64,000 nucleotides of DNA from an uncultured Bacteroidales bacterium (GCA_900318465.1 ONKQ01000007.1:4437-68436); one strand, 5' to 3'. Shown: positions 56,586 to 64,000, counted from the stretch's first letter. Numbers and translations are program-made. Notes: a model not told the origin generated them from the sequence alone.

Positions 56586-58112
56586 ATGAAAAAAGTATTT
56601 ACCCTTTTCCTCGCGCTGGCCATCGGTTTTGGCCTGAAAGCGCAATGTCCGCTCACGCAAGCCGTCGACTTCACGGCTACTGACGTTCACGGCACCGAAG
56701 TCCACCTGTTCGACATCCTCGACGGCGGCCAGTATGTGCTTATCGACTTCTTCTTCACCACATGCGGCCCCTGCCAGCAGGCAACGCCAAAAGTGGTGGA
56801 ATCATACTACTTGATGGGCTGCAACATGCACGATGTGTTCTACATGGAAATCGCCACGGGCGACAGCGATGCCGCCTGCCTCAATTGGGTGAACACCTAC
56901 GGCGTGGAGTACCCCACCATCAGTGGACAGGCTGGTGGCACCACCATTTGCAGCCAGTATCAAATCGGTGCCTATCCCACGCTCATCGTTATCGCCCCCG
57001 ACCGCTCCATCGTCATCCAAGACCTGTGGCCCATCAACAACGCCCAAACGGTCGTCACCGCTTTGGAAGACTTAGGCCTGCAACAACACGACTGTAACAC
57101 GCCGAGCTACAACCCGCAAGTGACCATCACCGTCGACCAAGTGATGGAAACGGAAGTCACGGCCTCCTTCACACCTAATGAAGATTGCGCCTCATACGGT
57201 TATATGATGGCCACTGAGGCCGAAATCGAGGAATGGATGGGCATTGCCGGCCTCGATTTGCCCGAATACCTCTGGAACTTCGGTATGCCCGGCTCGGGAG
57301 TCATCTCCAACACCTTCGGCGACCTGACACCCAACACTGAATACAACATCTACGCCGTGCCCGCCGACATTGACGGCAACCTTGGCGAAGTCGTAATCGA
57401 GCCTGTCACCACCACGCCCGGCGGCGGCAGCGACATCATGCCCGACTTCACCGCCACCGACATCGAGGGCAACACCATCCACCTTTACGACATCCTCGAC
57501 GCTGGTCAGGCCGTGCTGATTAATTTCTTCCTCACCGGCGACCCGTACAGTGAGCAACCCATGCCCGACATGACCGAAGCCTACCGCCTCTACGGCTGCA
57601 ACGCGCACGATGTTTTCTTCATGGAAATCTGCCCGAATGCCTACGACGAGGCATGCCAAGCCTGGGCCGACCAATTCGGCGTGAAATATCCCACCATCAG
57701 CCGCGACGGTGGCGGCAACGACATTGCCCAAGCCATCCCCGTGGGCTACTACCCCACCATCATGCTCATCCGCCCCGACCACACTTTTGCAAATCGTGAC
57801 ATCTATCCGCCCACGCTGGATTACATCATCGATGCAATGAATGCTGAAGCGTATGAACAACATGATTGTGAAGACGGCGTGAACCAGAACGACAGCCAAT
57901 ACATTGCAGTTTATCCGAACCCCGCCAATGACTTCGTAACTCTTAGCGGCGAAAGCCTCGGCACGGTGCGCGTCTATAACGCCCTCGGCCAGAAAGTGGA
58001 CGAATTCGAGGCCAACGGCAGCGAACTCCGCATCAACACAGCCGGTTATGAGAACGGCTTGTATGTCGTGAAGGCCGGTAATACAACACTGCAATTTGTG
58101 GTGAAACACTAA
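56586..58112 (+). CDS. Tandem thioredoxin-fold (TlpA/redoxin-like) protein with T9SS C-terminal sorting domain
   Basis: ORF 56553..58112 trimmed to MKKVFTLFLALAIGFGLKAQ. Domain 1 has CGPC (IDFFFTTCGPCQQ). The paralogous domain 2 has the site degenerated (INFFLTGDPYSEQ). An Fn3-like spacer separates them. CTD: VYPNPANDFVTLSG...GLYVVKAGNTTLQFVVKH. Confidence 0.75.
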   Translation: MKKVFTLFLALAIGFGLKAQCPLTQAVDFTATDVHGTEVHLFDILDGGQYVLIDFFFTTCGPCQQATPKVVESYYLMGCNMHDVFYMEIATGDSDAACLNWVNTYGVEYPTISGQAGGTTICSQYQIGAYPTLIVIAPDRSIVIQDLWPINNAQTVVTALEDLGLQQHDCNTPSYNPQVTITVDQVMETEVTASFTPNEDCASYGYMMATEAEIEEWMGIAGLDLPEYLWNFGMPGSGVISNTFGDLTPNTEYNIYAVPADIDGNLGEVVIEPVTTTPGGGSDIMPDFTATDIEGNTIHLYDILDAGQAVLINFFLTGDPYSEQPMPDMTEAYRLYGCNAHDVFFMEICPNAYDEACQAWADQFGVKYPTISRDGGGNDIAQAIPVGYYPTIMLIRPDHTFANRDIYPPTLDYIIDAMNAEAYEQHDCEDGVNQNDSQYIAVYPNPANDFVTLSGESLGTVRVYNALGQKVDEFEANGSELRINTAGYENGLYVVKAGNTTLQFVVKH

Positions 58113-58117
58113 TTTTT

Positions 58118-58187
58118 AATGCGGAATGCGGAATTATGAATGCTGAATAGCGCAAAGCGATGCTGGGCTTCGCTCTATTTAGCATTC
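58118..58187. repeat. Heptamer-periodic array (AATGnnn units) ending in a 21-bp imperfect hairpin
   Basis: Units aatgcgg aatgcgg aattatg aatgctg aatagcg. Stem 58138-58158 / 58167-58187 has 18 Watson-Crick pairs, 1 G.T and 2 mismatches. It probably terminates the thioredoxin-like gene. Confidence 0.75.
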
Positions 58188-58209
58188 ACAATTAATAATT
58201 CAAATCACA

Positions 58210-59460
58210 ATGAACATTCTCATTCTACGTTCCTCGTTCCAAACCGACGAATTTGTCCGAAACGAATACGCCGAATTGCTGCAAAGGATAGAAAACGAAT
58301 GCCATGCAGAAATTCACATCATCGGTGACGAATCCATAGAGACGCACGGCCGTGCGTCTCTACAAACAATACCCGATGCATTTATGATCGCCACCGGCGG
58401 TGTGGAAAACCTGTTCAAACGCATTTGGTCCGCCATCGATGTGGAAATGATGTGCGCCCCGTCGCGACCGAAAACCGTCACAATAATTGCCGACGGGCGC
58501 AACAATTCCTTGGCCGCCGCCTTGGAAATCCTGACCTACCTCGACAACAACGGCATGGAGGGACGCATTGTGCATGGGACGAATGATGAAATTGTTTCGG
58601 CCATCGTAGAGGCGCACGGCCGTGCGCCTCTACAGGGCCGAATCGGTTTGTTCGGCCAGCCCTCCGATTGGCTCATCGCCAGCAGCGTCGACCGTGATTT
58701 TCTGTGCCAACATTATGGCATCGAGACCGTTGACATTGATTTGCAACGCCTCATCGAAGGCATCAAAGACGTGGCGCAAGATGAGGCCGCCACGGTCGCA
58801 CAAGATATGGTAAAACGCGCCAGAACCGTCAAGGAACCGACTGGCGCCGACATGGTGGAGGCTGCCAAAGCCTATCTCGCCATCAAGAAAATCTGTCAGG
58901 AAGAACGCTTGGATGCCTTCACTATCCGCTGCTTCGACATCGTGAAAACTTGCGGCACGACGAGTTGTTTGGCTTTAGCCCTGCTCAACGACGAAGGCAT
59001 TGTGGCAGGCTGCGAAGGCGACATGCAAACTTTACTTACCATGCTGCTTGCCAAACGGATTTGTGGCGAGGTGGCTTTCATGGCCAATCCGTCGCAACTC
59101 ACCGACAATAGTTCCATGCTTGCGCATTGCACCATCCCGCTCTCGATGTGCGACGAAACCATTGTCCGCTCGCATTTCGAGTCGGGCATCGGTGTGGCCA
59201 TCCAGGGTTTGCTTCCACTGACCGACTACACCTTATTTAAGTGGGGCGGCCCGAAGTTGGACCGTTATTTCGTTACCGAGGCGCAAGCCGTTGAAACGCC
59301 CTACAGCGAACATTTCTGCCGTACGCAAATCACCTTGGACATCAACCTGAAGCCGTATTTGCTCCAACATTCCATCGGCAACCACCACGTCATCATCCGT
59401 GGACGACATGCCGAAGCCATCCGAAAATTCATGCAGGAACACAAGGTAAAGGCCTGTTGA
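58210..59460 (+). CDS. L-fucose/L-arabinose isomerase-like family protein (putative), carrying two in-frame palindromic insertions
   Basis: 416-aa ORF. ..VAGCEGDMQTLLTMLLA.. and the HH-containing C-terminus resemble the FucI/AraA-like superfamily (COG2407-type). Assignment is tentative. Confidence 0.5.
   Translation: MNILILRSSFQTDEFVRNEYAELLQRIENECHAEIHIIGDESIETHGRASLQTIPDAFMIATGGVENLFKRIWSAIDVEMMCAPSRPKTVTIIADGRNNSLAAALEILTYLDNNGMEGRIVHGTNDEIVSAIVEAHGRAPLQGRIGLFGQPSDWLIASSVDRDFLCQHYGIETVDIDLQRLIEGIKDVAQDEAATVAQDMVKRARTVKEPTGADMVEAAKAYLAIKKICQEERLDAFTIRCFDIVKTCGTTSCLALALLNDEGIVAGCEGDMQTLLTMLLAKRICGEVAFMANPSQLTDNSSMLAHCTIPLSMCDETIVRSHFESGIGVAIQGLLPLTDYTLFKWGGPKLDRYFVTEAQAVETPYSEHFCRTQITLDINLKPYLLQHSIGNHHVIIRGRHAEAIRKFMQEHKVKAC
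58337..58362. repeat. Perfect 26-bp palindrome inside a CDS
   Basis: TAGAGACGCACGG|CCGTGCGTCTCTA. Translated in frame as ..ETHGRASLQ.. Confidence 0.9.
58606..58633. repeat. Perfect 28-bp palindrome inside a CDS (same family)
   Basis: GTAGAGGCGCACGG|CCGTGCGCCTCTAC. Translated in frame as ..VEAHGRAPLQ.. It differs from the first copy by a compensatory A:T to G:C pair. Confidence 0.9.
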
Positions 59461-59514
59461 ACGACTCATAAAAAGAAAAATTAATTCAAAGGGGCAACAT
59501 ATTCATAAATTTTG

Positions 59515-59522
59515 TACTTTTG
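59515..59522 (+). promoter_or_regulatory. Bacteroidota-type -7 promoter box (TAnnTTTG)
   Basis: TACTTTTG, 21 nt upstream of ATG 59544. Confidence 0.5.
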
Positions 59523-59543
59523 CAGCCCGATTTTTTAGGCGCA

Positions 59544-60068
59544 ATGGAAAAGAAAAGCGAATTTCTGATTCCCGTGAGCGGTCTTGCCTTGGGCAGCCAT
59601 TCCTACCAGTTTGAAATCAATGACGATTTCTTCGCTGACAAGGAATATTCTGAAATACAGCAAGGTAAGGTCGCCGTAAGCCTTGATGTCGACCGACAGG
59701 AGACCATGTTGACGCTCCGTTTCGGCATCAACGGGACGGTTCGTGTGGCTTGCGACCGTTGCGCCGACGAATTCGACCAACCTATTGAGGACGAGCGTGA
59801 GTTCTTCATCAAGTTGGGTACGGAAAACGCCGAAGAGTCGGACGACGTGGCTGTTGTAGAAGCCAACACACACGATTTCGACGTCAGTACGCTGATTTAC
59901 GAATACATCACCCTCGCCGTTCCGATGCACCGCGTCCATCCCGAAGGCCAGTGCAACCCCGAAGTGATTGCTCTGCTCTCGAAAGAAGAGGCATCTGAAT
60001 CCGACGAAGAAACCATCGACCCGCGTTGGGCCGCATTGAAAGACATAAAATTAGAAGATAACAAATAA
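59544..60068 (+). CDS. yceD: YceD/DUF177 family protein (23S rRNA accumulation protein)
   Basis: ORF 59520..60068 (TTG) trimmed to MEKKSEFLIPVSGL. CDRC motif (VACDRCADEF). Classic position immediately upstream of rpmF. Confidence 0.8.
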   Translation: MEKKSEFLIPVSGLALGSHSYQFEINDDFFADKEYSEIQQGKVAVSLDVDRQETMLTLRFGINGTVRVACDRCADEFDQPIEDEREFFIKLGTENAEESDDVAVVEANTHDFDVSTLIYEYITLAVPMHRVHPEGQCNPEVIALLSKEEASESDEETIDPRWAALKDIKLEDNK

Positions 60069-60099
60069 CTGATTACTAACTTAATAAAGTAAAAGTAAA

Positions 60100-60285
60100 A
60101 TGGCACATCCTAAAAGAAGACAGTCTCACACCAGAGGCGCAAAGAGAAGAACACATTACAAGGCTGAAACTCCCAACGTGACCATCGATCCCGTCACTGG
60201 CACCATGCACGTCATGCACCGTGCTTATTATGTTGATGGCGACCTGTACTACAGAGGTCAATTGGTCATGGCTGCCAAGCAGTAA
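60100..60285 (+). CDS. rpmF: 50S ribosomal protein L32
   Basis: 61 aa beginning MAHPKRRQSHTRGAKRRTHYK. Confidence 0.93.
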   Translation: MAHPKRRQSHTRGAKRRTHYKAETPNVTIDPVTGTMHVMHRAYYVDGDLYYRGQLVMAAKQ

Positions 60286-60323
60286 AAAATTTGGGAAAAA
60301 CGTTGCGTATCGGAATTTTTTCC

Positions 60324-60331
60324 TATATTTG
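60324..60331 (+). promoter_or_regulatory. Bacteroidota-type -7 promoter box (TAnnTTTG)
   Basis: TATATTTG, 38 nt after the rpmF stop and about 63 nt before the terminator hairpin at 60395. Confidence 0.4.
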
Positions 60332-60337
60332 CAGCGT

Positions 60338-60427
60338 CAAACGGCAAAACAAAAGACAACATCGGATTTTTTTCATAATCTTTATATTGTTTTTCCCCAC
60401 CAACATCCCCAGTTGGTGGGGTTTTTT
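60338..60427 (+). ncRNA. Candidate small RNA or attenuated leader (promoter box to intrinsic terminator)
   Basis: A consensus -7 box at 60324-60331 is followed by about 55 nt of A-rich sequence and a strong terminator. No ORF lies in this interval. Confidence 0.25.
60395..60427 (+). terminator. Intrinsic terminator
   Basis: CCCCACCAAC-atcccca-GTTGGTGGGG followed by TTTTTT. Confidence 0.7.
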
Positions 60428-60501
60428 GTTGCTTTTACTGAAGCATATTGTATAGGATTCGGATTTTCTTTGTAATATTGCAGTCAGAAAAAGAAAGCAT
60501 C

Positions 60502-60816
60502 ATGAGTAGAAAAGACATAGTGGCACAAATACAAATGATTATGCGGCGATTGTTTCCCACAGCTGAGGTCATTTTGTATGGCAGCGAAGCTCGTGGTGAG
60601 GCAAGGTCAGACAGCGACATTGACCTGCTTATCCTTATCGATGGCGACAAACTCACTTTGGCTCAAGAAGATGCTGTTACTACACCTCTTTACGAATTGG
60701 AACTTCAAACGGGTGTTGCGATTAGCCCAATTGTGATGTTGAAAAAACAATGGGAAAATCGCCCGTTGGTCACGCCGTTTTACCTTAATGTAATGAAAGA
60801 AGGAGTAAGACTATGA
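60502..60816 (+). CDS. Minimal nucleotidyltransferase (MNT) domain protein, antitoxin-like partner of HEPN
   Basis: ORF 60448..60816 trimmed to MSRKDIVAQ. Pol-beta superfamily motif LYGSEARGEARSDSDIDLLIL (GS...DxD). Confidence 0.8.
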   Translation: MSRKDIVAQIQMIMRRLFPTAEVILYGSEARGEARSDSDIDLLILIDGDKLTLAQEDAVTTPLYELELQTGVAISPIVMLKKQWENRPLVTPFYLNVMKEGVRL

Positions 60817-61241
60817 GCGGATTGGATAACGAAAGCAGAAAAGCCTTGGTCGATTATCGCCTTGAAAGGGCGTATGCTACGATGGAAGAAGCCGCAGTAA
60901 TGACAGAAAAAGAGTTTTATAACGCAGCGGTGAATAGGTTATATTATGCATGTTATTATGCTACGGAAGCCTTGCTTTTGAAACATAAAATCGAAGCCAA
61001 GTCACATGCAGGAGTTAAGACCATGCTTGGACTGCATTTTGTGTCAAAAGGATTGGTGCCCGTTTCGATTGGCAAAATACTATCAACGCTTTATGAAAAG
61101 AGGCAAAGCGGTGATTATGACGATTTTATCTATTGTGATAAGGAAATGACCGATGACCTTACAATACAAGCACAGACTTTTATAGATTACATTGGTAATT
61201 TAGTGAAGGATGATTCTACTGAATCGAATAATTTAAAATAA
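60813..61241 (+). CDS. HEPN domain protein (PF05168-like)
   Basis: 142 aa. Its start overlaps the MNT stop (ATGA). Helical HEPN pattern ...NRLYYACYYATEALLLKH... and ...YEKRQSGDYDD... No canonical Rx4-6H is visible; a Tyr sits where His is expected. Confidence 0.75.
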   Translation: MSGLDNESRKALVDYRLERAYATMEEAAVMTEKEFYNAAVNRLYYACYYATEALLLKHKIEAKSHAGVKTMLGLHFVSKGLVPVSIGKILSTLYEKRQSGDYDDFIYCDKEMTDDLTIQAQTFIDYIGNLVKDDSTESNNLK

Positions 61242-61247
61242 ATCTAA

Positions 61248-63389
61248 ATGAAAAAACTATTCTCATTAATCGCAGCCGTAGTGCTGACAATGACAGTGGC
61301 CCGCGCCGACGAAGGCATGTGGCTGCCTTATGCACTCAATGGCCAAAACCTGGCCGAAATGCAAGCCATGGGCTGCAAGCTCACGGCGGAACAAATCTTC
61401 AGCTTCAACCAGCCGAGCATCAAGGACGCCATCGTGCAATTCGGTGGCGGCTGCACGGGCGAAATCATCTCCCCTGAAGGCCTGTTGCTCACCAATCACC
61501 ACTGCGGCCTGAGTTTCGTCCAAAAACTCTCGTCGATTGAGCACGACTACCTAACCAACGGCTTCTGGGCCAAGAGCAAAAGCGAGGAGCTGCCCAACGC
61601 AGGCCTGTCCGTCTTATTTTTAAATAAGGTGGAAGATGTGACGGAAGCTGTGCTGAAAGGCGTTACTGCCGAAACAACCGAGGCTGAACGCGAGGAACTC
61701 ATTGCCAAGAACGCCCGCCAACTTGAAAAAGACCGCAAGGGCGACCGTAATGTGAGCATCGAGATTGTACCGTTCTACAGCGGCAACCAGTTCATCCTAT
61801 TCGAGTACGACGAATACAAAGATGTGCGCTTGGTGTGCTGCCCGCCTTGGGGCATCGGCAAATATGGCGCCGACACCGACAACTGGACTTGGCCGCGCCA
61901 CAAAGGCGACTTCAACATCTTCCGCGTCTATACCGCCCCTGATGGTAGTCCCGCTGAATACAGTGCCGACAATATCCCGATGAAGTCGAAGTGGTTCCTG
62001 CCCATTAATCTCGGTGGCGTGAAGCCCGGCGACTATGCCATGATTCTTGGCTATCCTGGCTCGACTGACCGTTATTCGACTTCCTACACCGTGAAGAACG
62101 TCATTGAGGAGGAAGGTCCGGCCATCATCGACTGCCGCACGACCAAGCTCGACAACTACCGCAAGCACATGGATGCCGACCAAGAGGTGTTCATCATGTA
62201 CGCCTCCAAGCAGGCCAGCGTGTCGAACTACTGGAAATACTACATCGGGCAGGTGAAGCAGCTCAAGCGCAACCACGTTTTTGAACGTCGCCAAGCCCAA
62301 GAGGAAGACTTCGCAAGATGGGTCGGCGCCGACCCGAAGCGCAAGGCCGAATATGGCGACATCTTCAAGGGCATCAAGCAGAAGTGGCAGATTTTGGACG
62401 AAATCCAAAAGTCCTTCGTCTATCACCGCGAGGCTGGCTGGAATGGCGGCGAGGCCATCGCCTTCAGCCGTAGGTTCATGCGCATCAACAAGATGTTTGA
62501 AGCCAAGGCCGACAAAGCCGACATCAAGGCCGAAGCCGAAAAGATGCAACCCGCCGTGGAAACCTTCTTCAAGGACTATTCTATGCCGCTTGACCAAGAC
62601 GTGACCGCCGCATTGCTTGGACTGTTCTACAAGAATATCCCTGCCGACCTTCGCCCGAGCGAAATTACCAGAATCGGCGACGCAAACAACGGCGACTTCA
62701 GCGCATACGTGGCTAAGGCCTTCGAGAAGTCCATCTTCACTGACAAGGCTCGTGTGGAAAAATGGATCAGCAAACCCAAATCCCTTGACAAAGACCCGAT
62801 TTTTGCCCTCGCGATGAACATCATTGAGTCCTACCAGACCTTGTATGCTCGCTATGAGGAAGCCCAAAACCTTGGCAACCAAGGCGAGCGCCTCTACATG
62901 AAGGGCTTGATGGAAATGCAGAGCGACCGCAACTTCTATCCTGATGCCAACTTCACCATGCGCCTCACCTACGGCACCGTGGAGCCTTACAAGGCCGCCG
63001 ATGCCGTCAATTACAACTACTACACCACCATGGACGGCGTGATGGCCAAATACGTGCCCGGCAACTGGGAGTTCGACATCCCGCAGGATGTGCGCGACCT
63101 TGCAAACAACAGGAATTATGGCCGTTATGCCAATGAAAAGGGTGAGTTGGTTGTCAACTTCATCACCACCAACGACATCACGGGCGGCAACTCGGGCAGT
63201 CCCGTCATCGACGGCGAGGGCAACCTCATCGGTTTGGCCTTCGACGGCAACTGGGAAGCCATGAGTGGCGACCTCAGTTTCGAGAACAAGGTGCAGCGCA
63301 CTATCTGCATGGATGCCCGCTACTTGCTCTGGTGCATCGAGAAGGTGGGTAAGTGCCAGAACATTATTGATGAGCTGGTGATTAAATGA
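61248..63389 (+). CDS. dpp7: S46 family dipeptidyl-peptidase, DPP7-like (Gly at the S1 specificity position)
   Basis: 713 aa. Signal peptide, DEGMWLP, LLTNHHCG, ITGGNSGSP. Residue +18 from the catalytic Ser is G (..GLAFDGNWEA). Confidence 0.8.
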   Translation: MKKLFSLIAAVVLTMTVARADEGMWLPYALNGQNLAEMQAMGCKLTAEQIFSFNQPSIKDAIVQFGGGCTGEIISPEGLLLTNHHCGLSFVQKLSSIEHDYLTNGFWAKSKSEELPNAGLSVLFLNKVEDVTEAVLKGVTAETTEAEREELIAKNARQLEKDRKGDRNVSIEIVPFYSGNQFILFEYDEYKDVRLVCCPPWGIGKYGADTDNWTWPRHKGDFNIFRVYTAPDGSPAEYSADNIPMKSKWFLPINLGGVKPGDYAMILGYPGSTDRYSTSYTVKNVIEEEGPAIIDCRTTKLDNYRKHMDADQEVFIMYASKQASVSNYWKYYIGQVKQLKRNHVFERRQAQEEDFARWVGADPKRKAEYGDIFKGIKQKWQILDEIQKSFVYHREAGWNGGEAIAFSRRFMRINKMFEAKADKADIKAEAEKMQPAVETFFKDYSMPLDQDVTAALLGLFYKNIPADLRPSEITRIGDANNGDFSAYVAKAFEKSIFTDKARVEKWISKPKSLDKDPIFALAMNIIESYQTLYARYEEAQNLGNQGERLYMKGLMEMQSDRNFYPDANFTMRLTYGTVEPYKAADAVNYNYYTTMDGVMAKYVPGNWEFDIPQDVRDLANNRNYGRYANEKGELVVNFITTNDITGGNSGSPVIDGEGNLIGLAFDGNWEAMSGDLSFENKVQRTICMDARYLLWCIEKVGKCQNIIDELVIK

Positions 63390-63396
63390 GATGATT

Positions 63397-63471
63397 GACG
63401 GAGGACGGAAGACGGAGGACGGAGGACGGAAGACGGAGGACGGAGGACGGAAGACTGAGGACGGAAGACGG
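63397..63471. repeat. Heptamer tandem array, about 11 units of (A/G)GGACGG / AAGACGG type
   Basis: gacgg aggacgg aagacgg aggacgg aggacgg aagacgg aggacgg aggacgg aagactg aggacgg aagacgg. Confidence 0.9.
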
Positions 63472-63475
63472 TTTT

Positions 63476-63553
63476 CAAGTCCCAAGTCTTAAGTTCTAAG
63501 TCCCTAGTCCTAAGTCCCAAGTCCCGAGTCCCAAGTCCTAAGTCCCAAGTCCC
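63476..63553. repeat. Heptamer tandem array, about 11 units of (C/T)AAGTCC type
   Basis: caagtcc caagtct taagttc taagtcc ctagtcc taagtcc caagtcc cgagtcc caagtcc taagtcc caagtcc c. Separated from the first array by TTTT. Confidence 0.9.
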
Positions 63554-63556
63554 ATT

Positions 63557-64000
63557 ATGAGCAGAGGTTTCATAAAAGAAGGCGACCAAGAAGAAATTCC
63601 AAGGGTGCCGATGAGGGCGTATCTGCCGCAAGGCGTGCCCAACTATGTCACGAAAGAAGGGCTTGAAGCACTCAAAGAGGAGCTGAAAGCCCTTCAGTCT
63701 GAGCGCATCAAGGCGGGCGACAACTACATCATGGCCAATTTCATCGACGCGACGATGAAGTTGCTCATTGACCGTATCAATAGTGCCGTGGAGGTGGACC
63801 TTTCGAAGTCCAAGAAAGACACAGTGAGTTTCGGGGCGTGGGTGCGCTACAACGGGCGTGTGGTGCGGATTGTGGGCGTGGATGAAGCCGACGTGAACAA
63901 AGGACTCATCTCGTTCATCTCCCCAGTCGCCAAGGCGTTGATAGGGAAGAAGGCTGGCGACATTATCGAGTTGAAAGGCTCGGGAAAAATAAAGCTGGAA
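63557..64000 (+). CDS. GreA/GreB-family elongation-factor-like protein (partial; runs off right edge)
   Basis: ATG 63557, open to the window end (148 codons). MSRGFIKEGDQEE... then a coiled-coil-like segment, then the GreA C-terminal domain motif ISFISPVAKALIGKKAGDIIEL. Confidence 0.65.
   Translation, partial: MSRGFIKEGDQEEIPRVPMRAYLPQGVPNYVTKEGLEALKEELKALQSERIKAGDNYIMANFIDATMKLLIDRINSAVEVDLSKSKKDTVSFGAWVRYNGRVVRIVGVDEADVNKGLISFISPVAKALIGKKAGDIIELKGSGKIKLE

Noticed and set aside
63320-63631. ORFs translating the heptamer arrays (RPPSSVF.. and TRDLGL.. reiterations).
   Set aside because: A 7-nt period cycles through all three frames. The reiterated peptides are by-products of the repeat, and the ORFs overlap the real dpp7 and GreA-like genes.

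Overview
This ~50% GC chromosomal segment looks like a Bacteroidota genome (Bacteroidales, Prevotella/Porphyromonas-like). TAnnTTTG -7 promoter boxes sit 16-45 nt upstream of many start codons. No Shine-Dalgarno sequences are evident. Four proteins end in type IX secretion (T9SS) C-terminal sorting domains, and there are two S46 dipeptidyl-peptidases. I call 43 protein-coding genes (2 run off the edges). I recognise no rRNA, tRNA, CRISPR array, transposase or integrase.

Content:
- Housekeeping genes: glnS, an ssb-like gene, glyA, tyrS, map, rlmN, tsaB, yceD-rpmF, an lptD-like gene and an amidase.
- A co-directional minus-strand block (6.7-19.4 kb) of nucleotide-sugar and amino-sugar genes: galE, rfbB, a DUF4954-like gene, nagB, wbpB, wbpA, ugd, an LmbE-like gene and pnuC. 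It is headed by a solitary N6-adenine DNA methyltransferase whose stop overlaps the galE start.
- A 12.7-kb gene for a 4222-aa T9SS surface protein, followed 16 nt later by an 88-aa tail-anchored protein.
- Small accessory insertions: a BRO-N/DinD-like plus AlbA_2/Schlafen-like pair, a nucleotidyltransferase plus HEPN pair, and a DUF4143 ATPase bracketed by 59-bp repeats.

The most unusual signals are at sequence level:
1. Period-7 (heptamer) tandem arrays fill at least four intergenic spacers, and some fold into long periodic hairpins.
2. Two copies of a perfect 26/28-bp palindrome lie in frame inside a CDS and differ by a compensatory base-pair change.
3. Near-identical hairpin-bearing 59-bp repeats flank one gene.

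I cannot demonstrate a complete novel multi-gene system. The best candidates are ranked in the findings. All homology calls come from motif recognition by eye; no searches were run.
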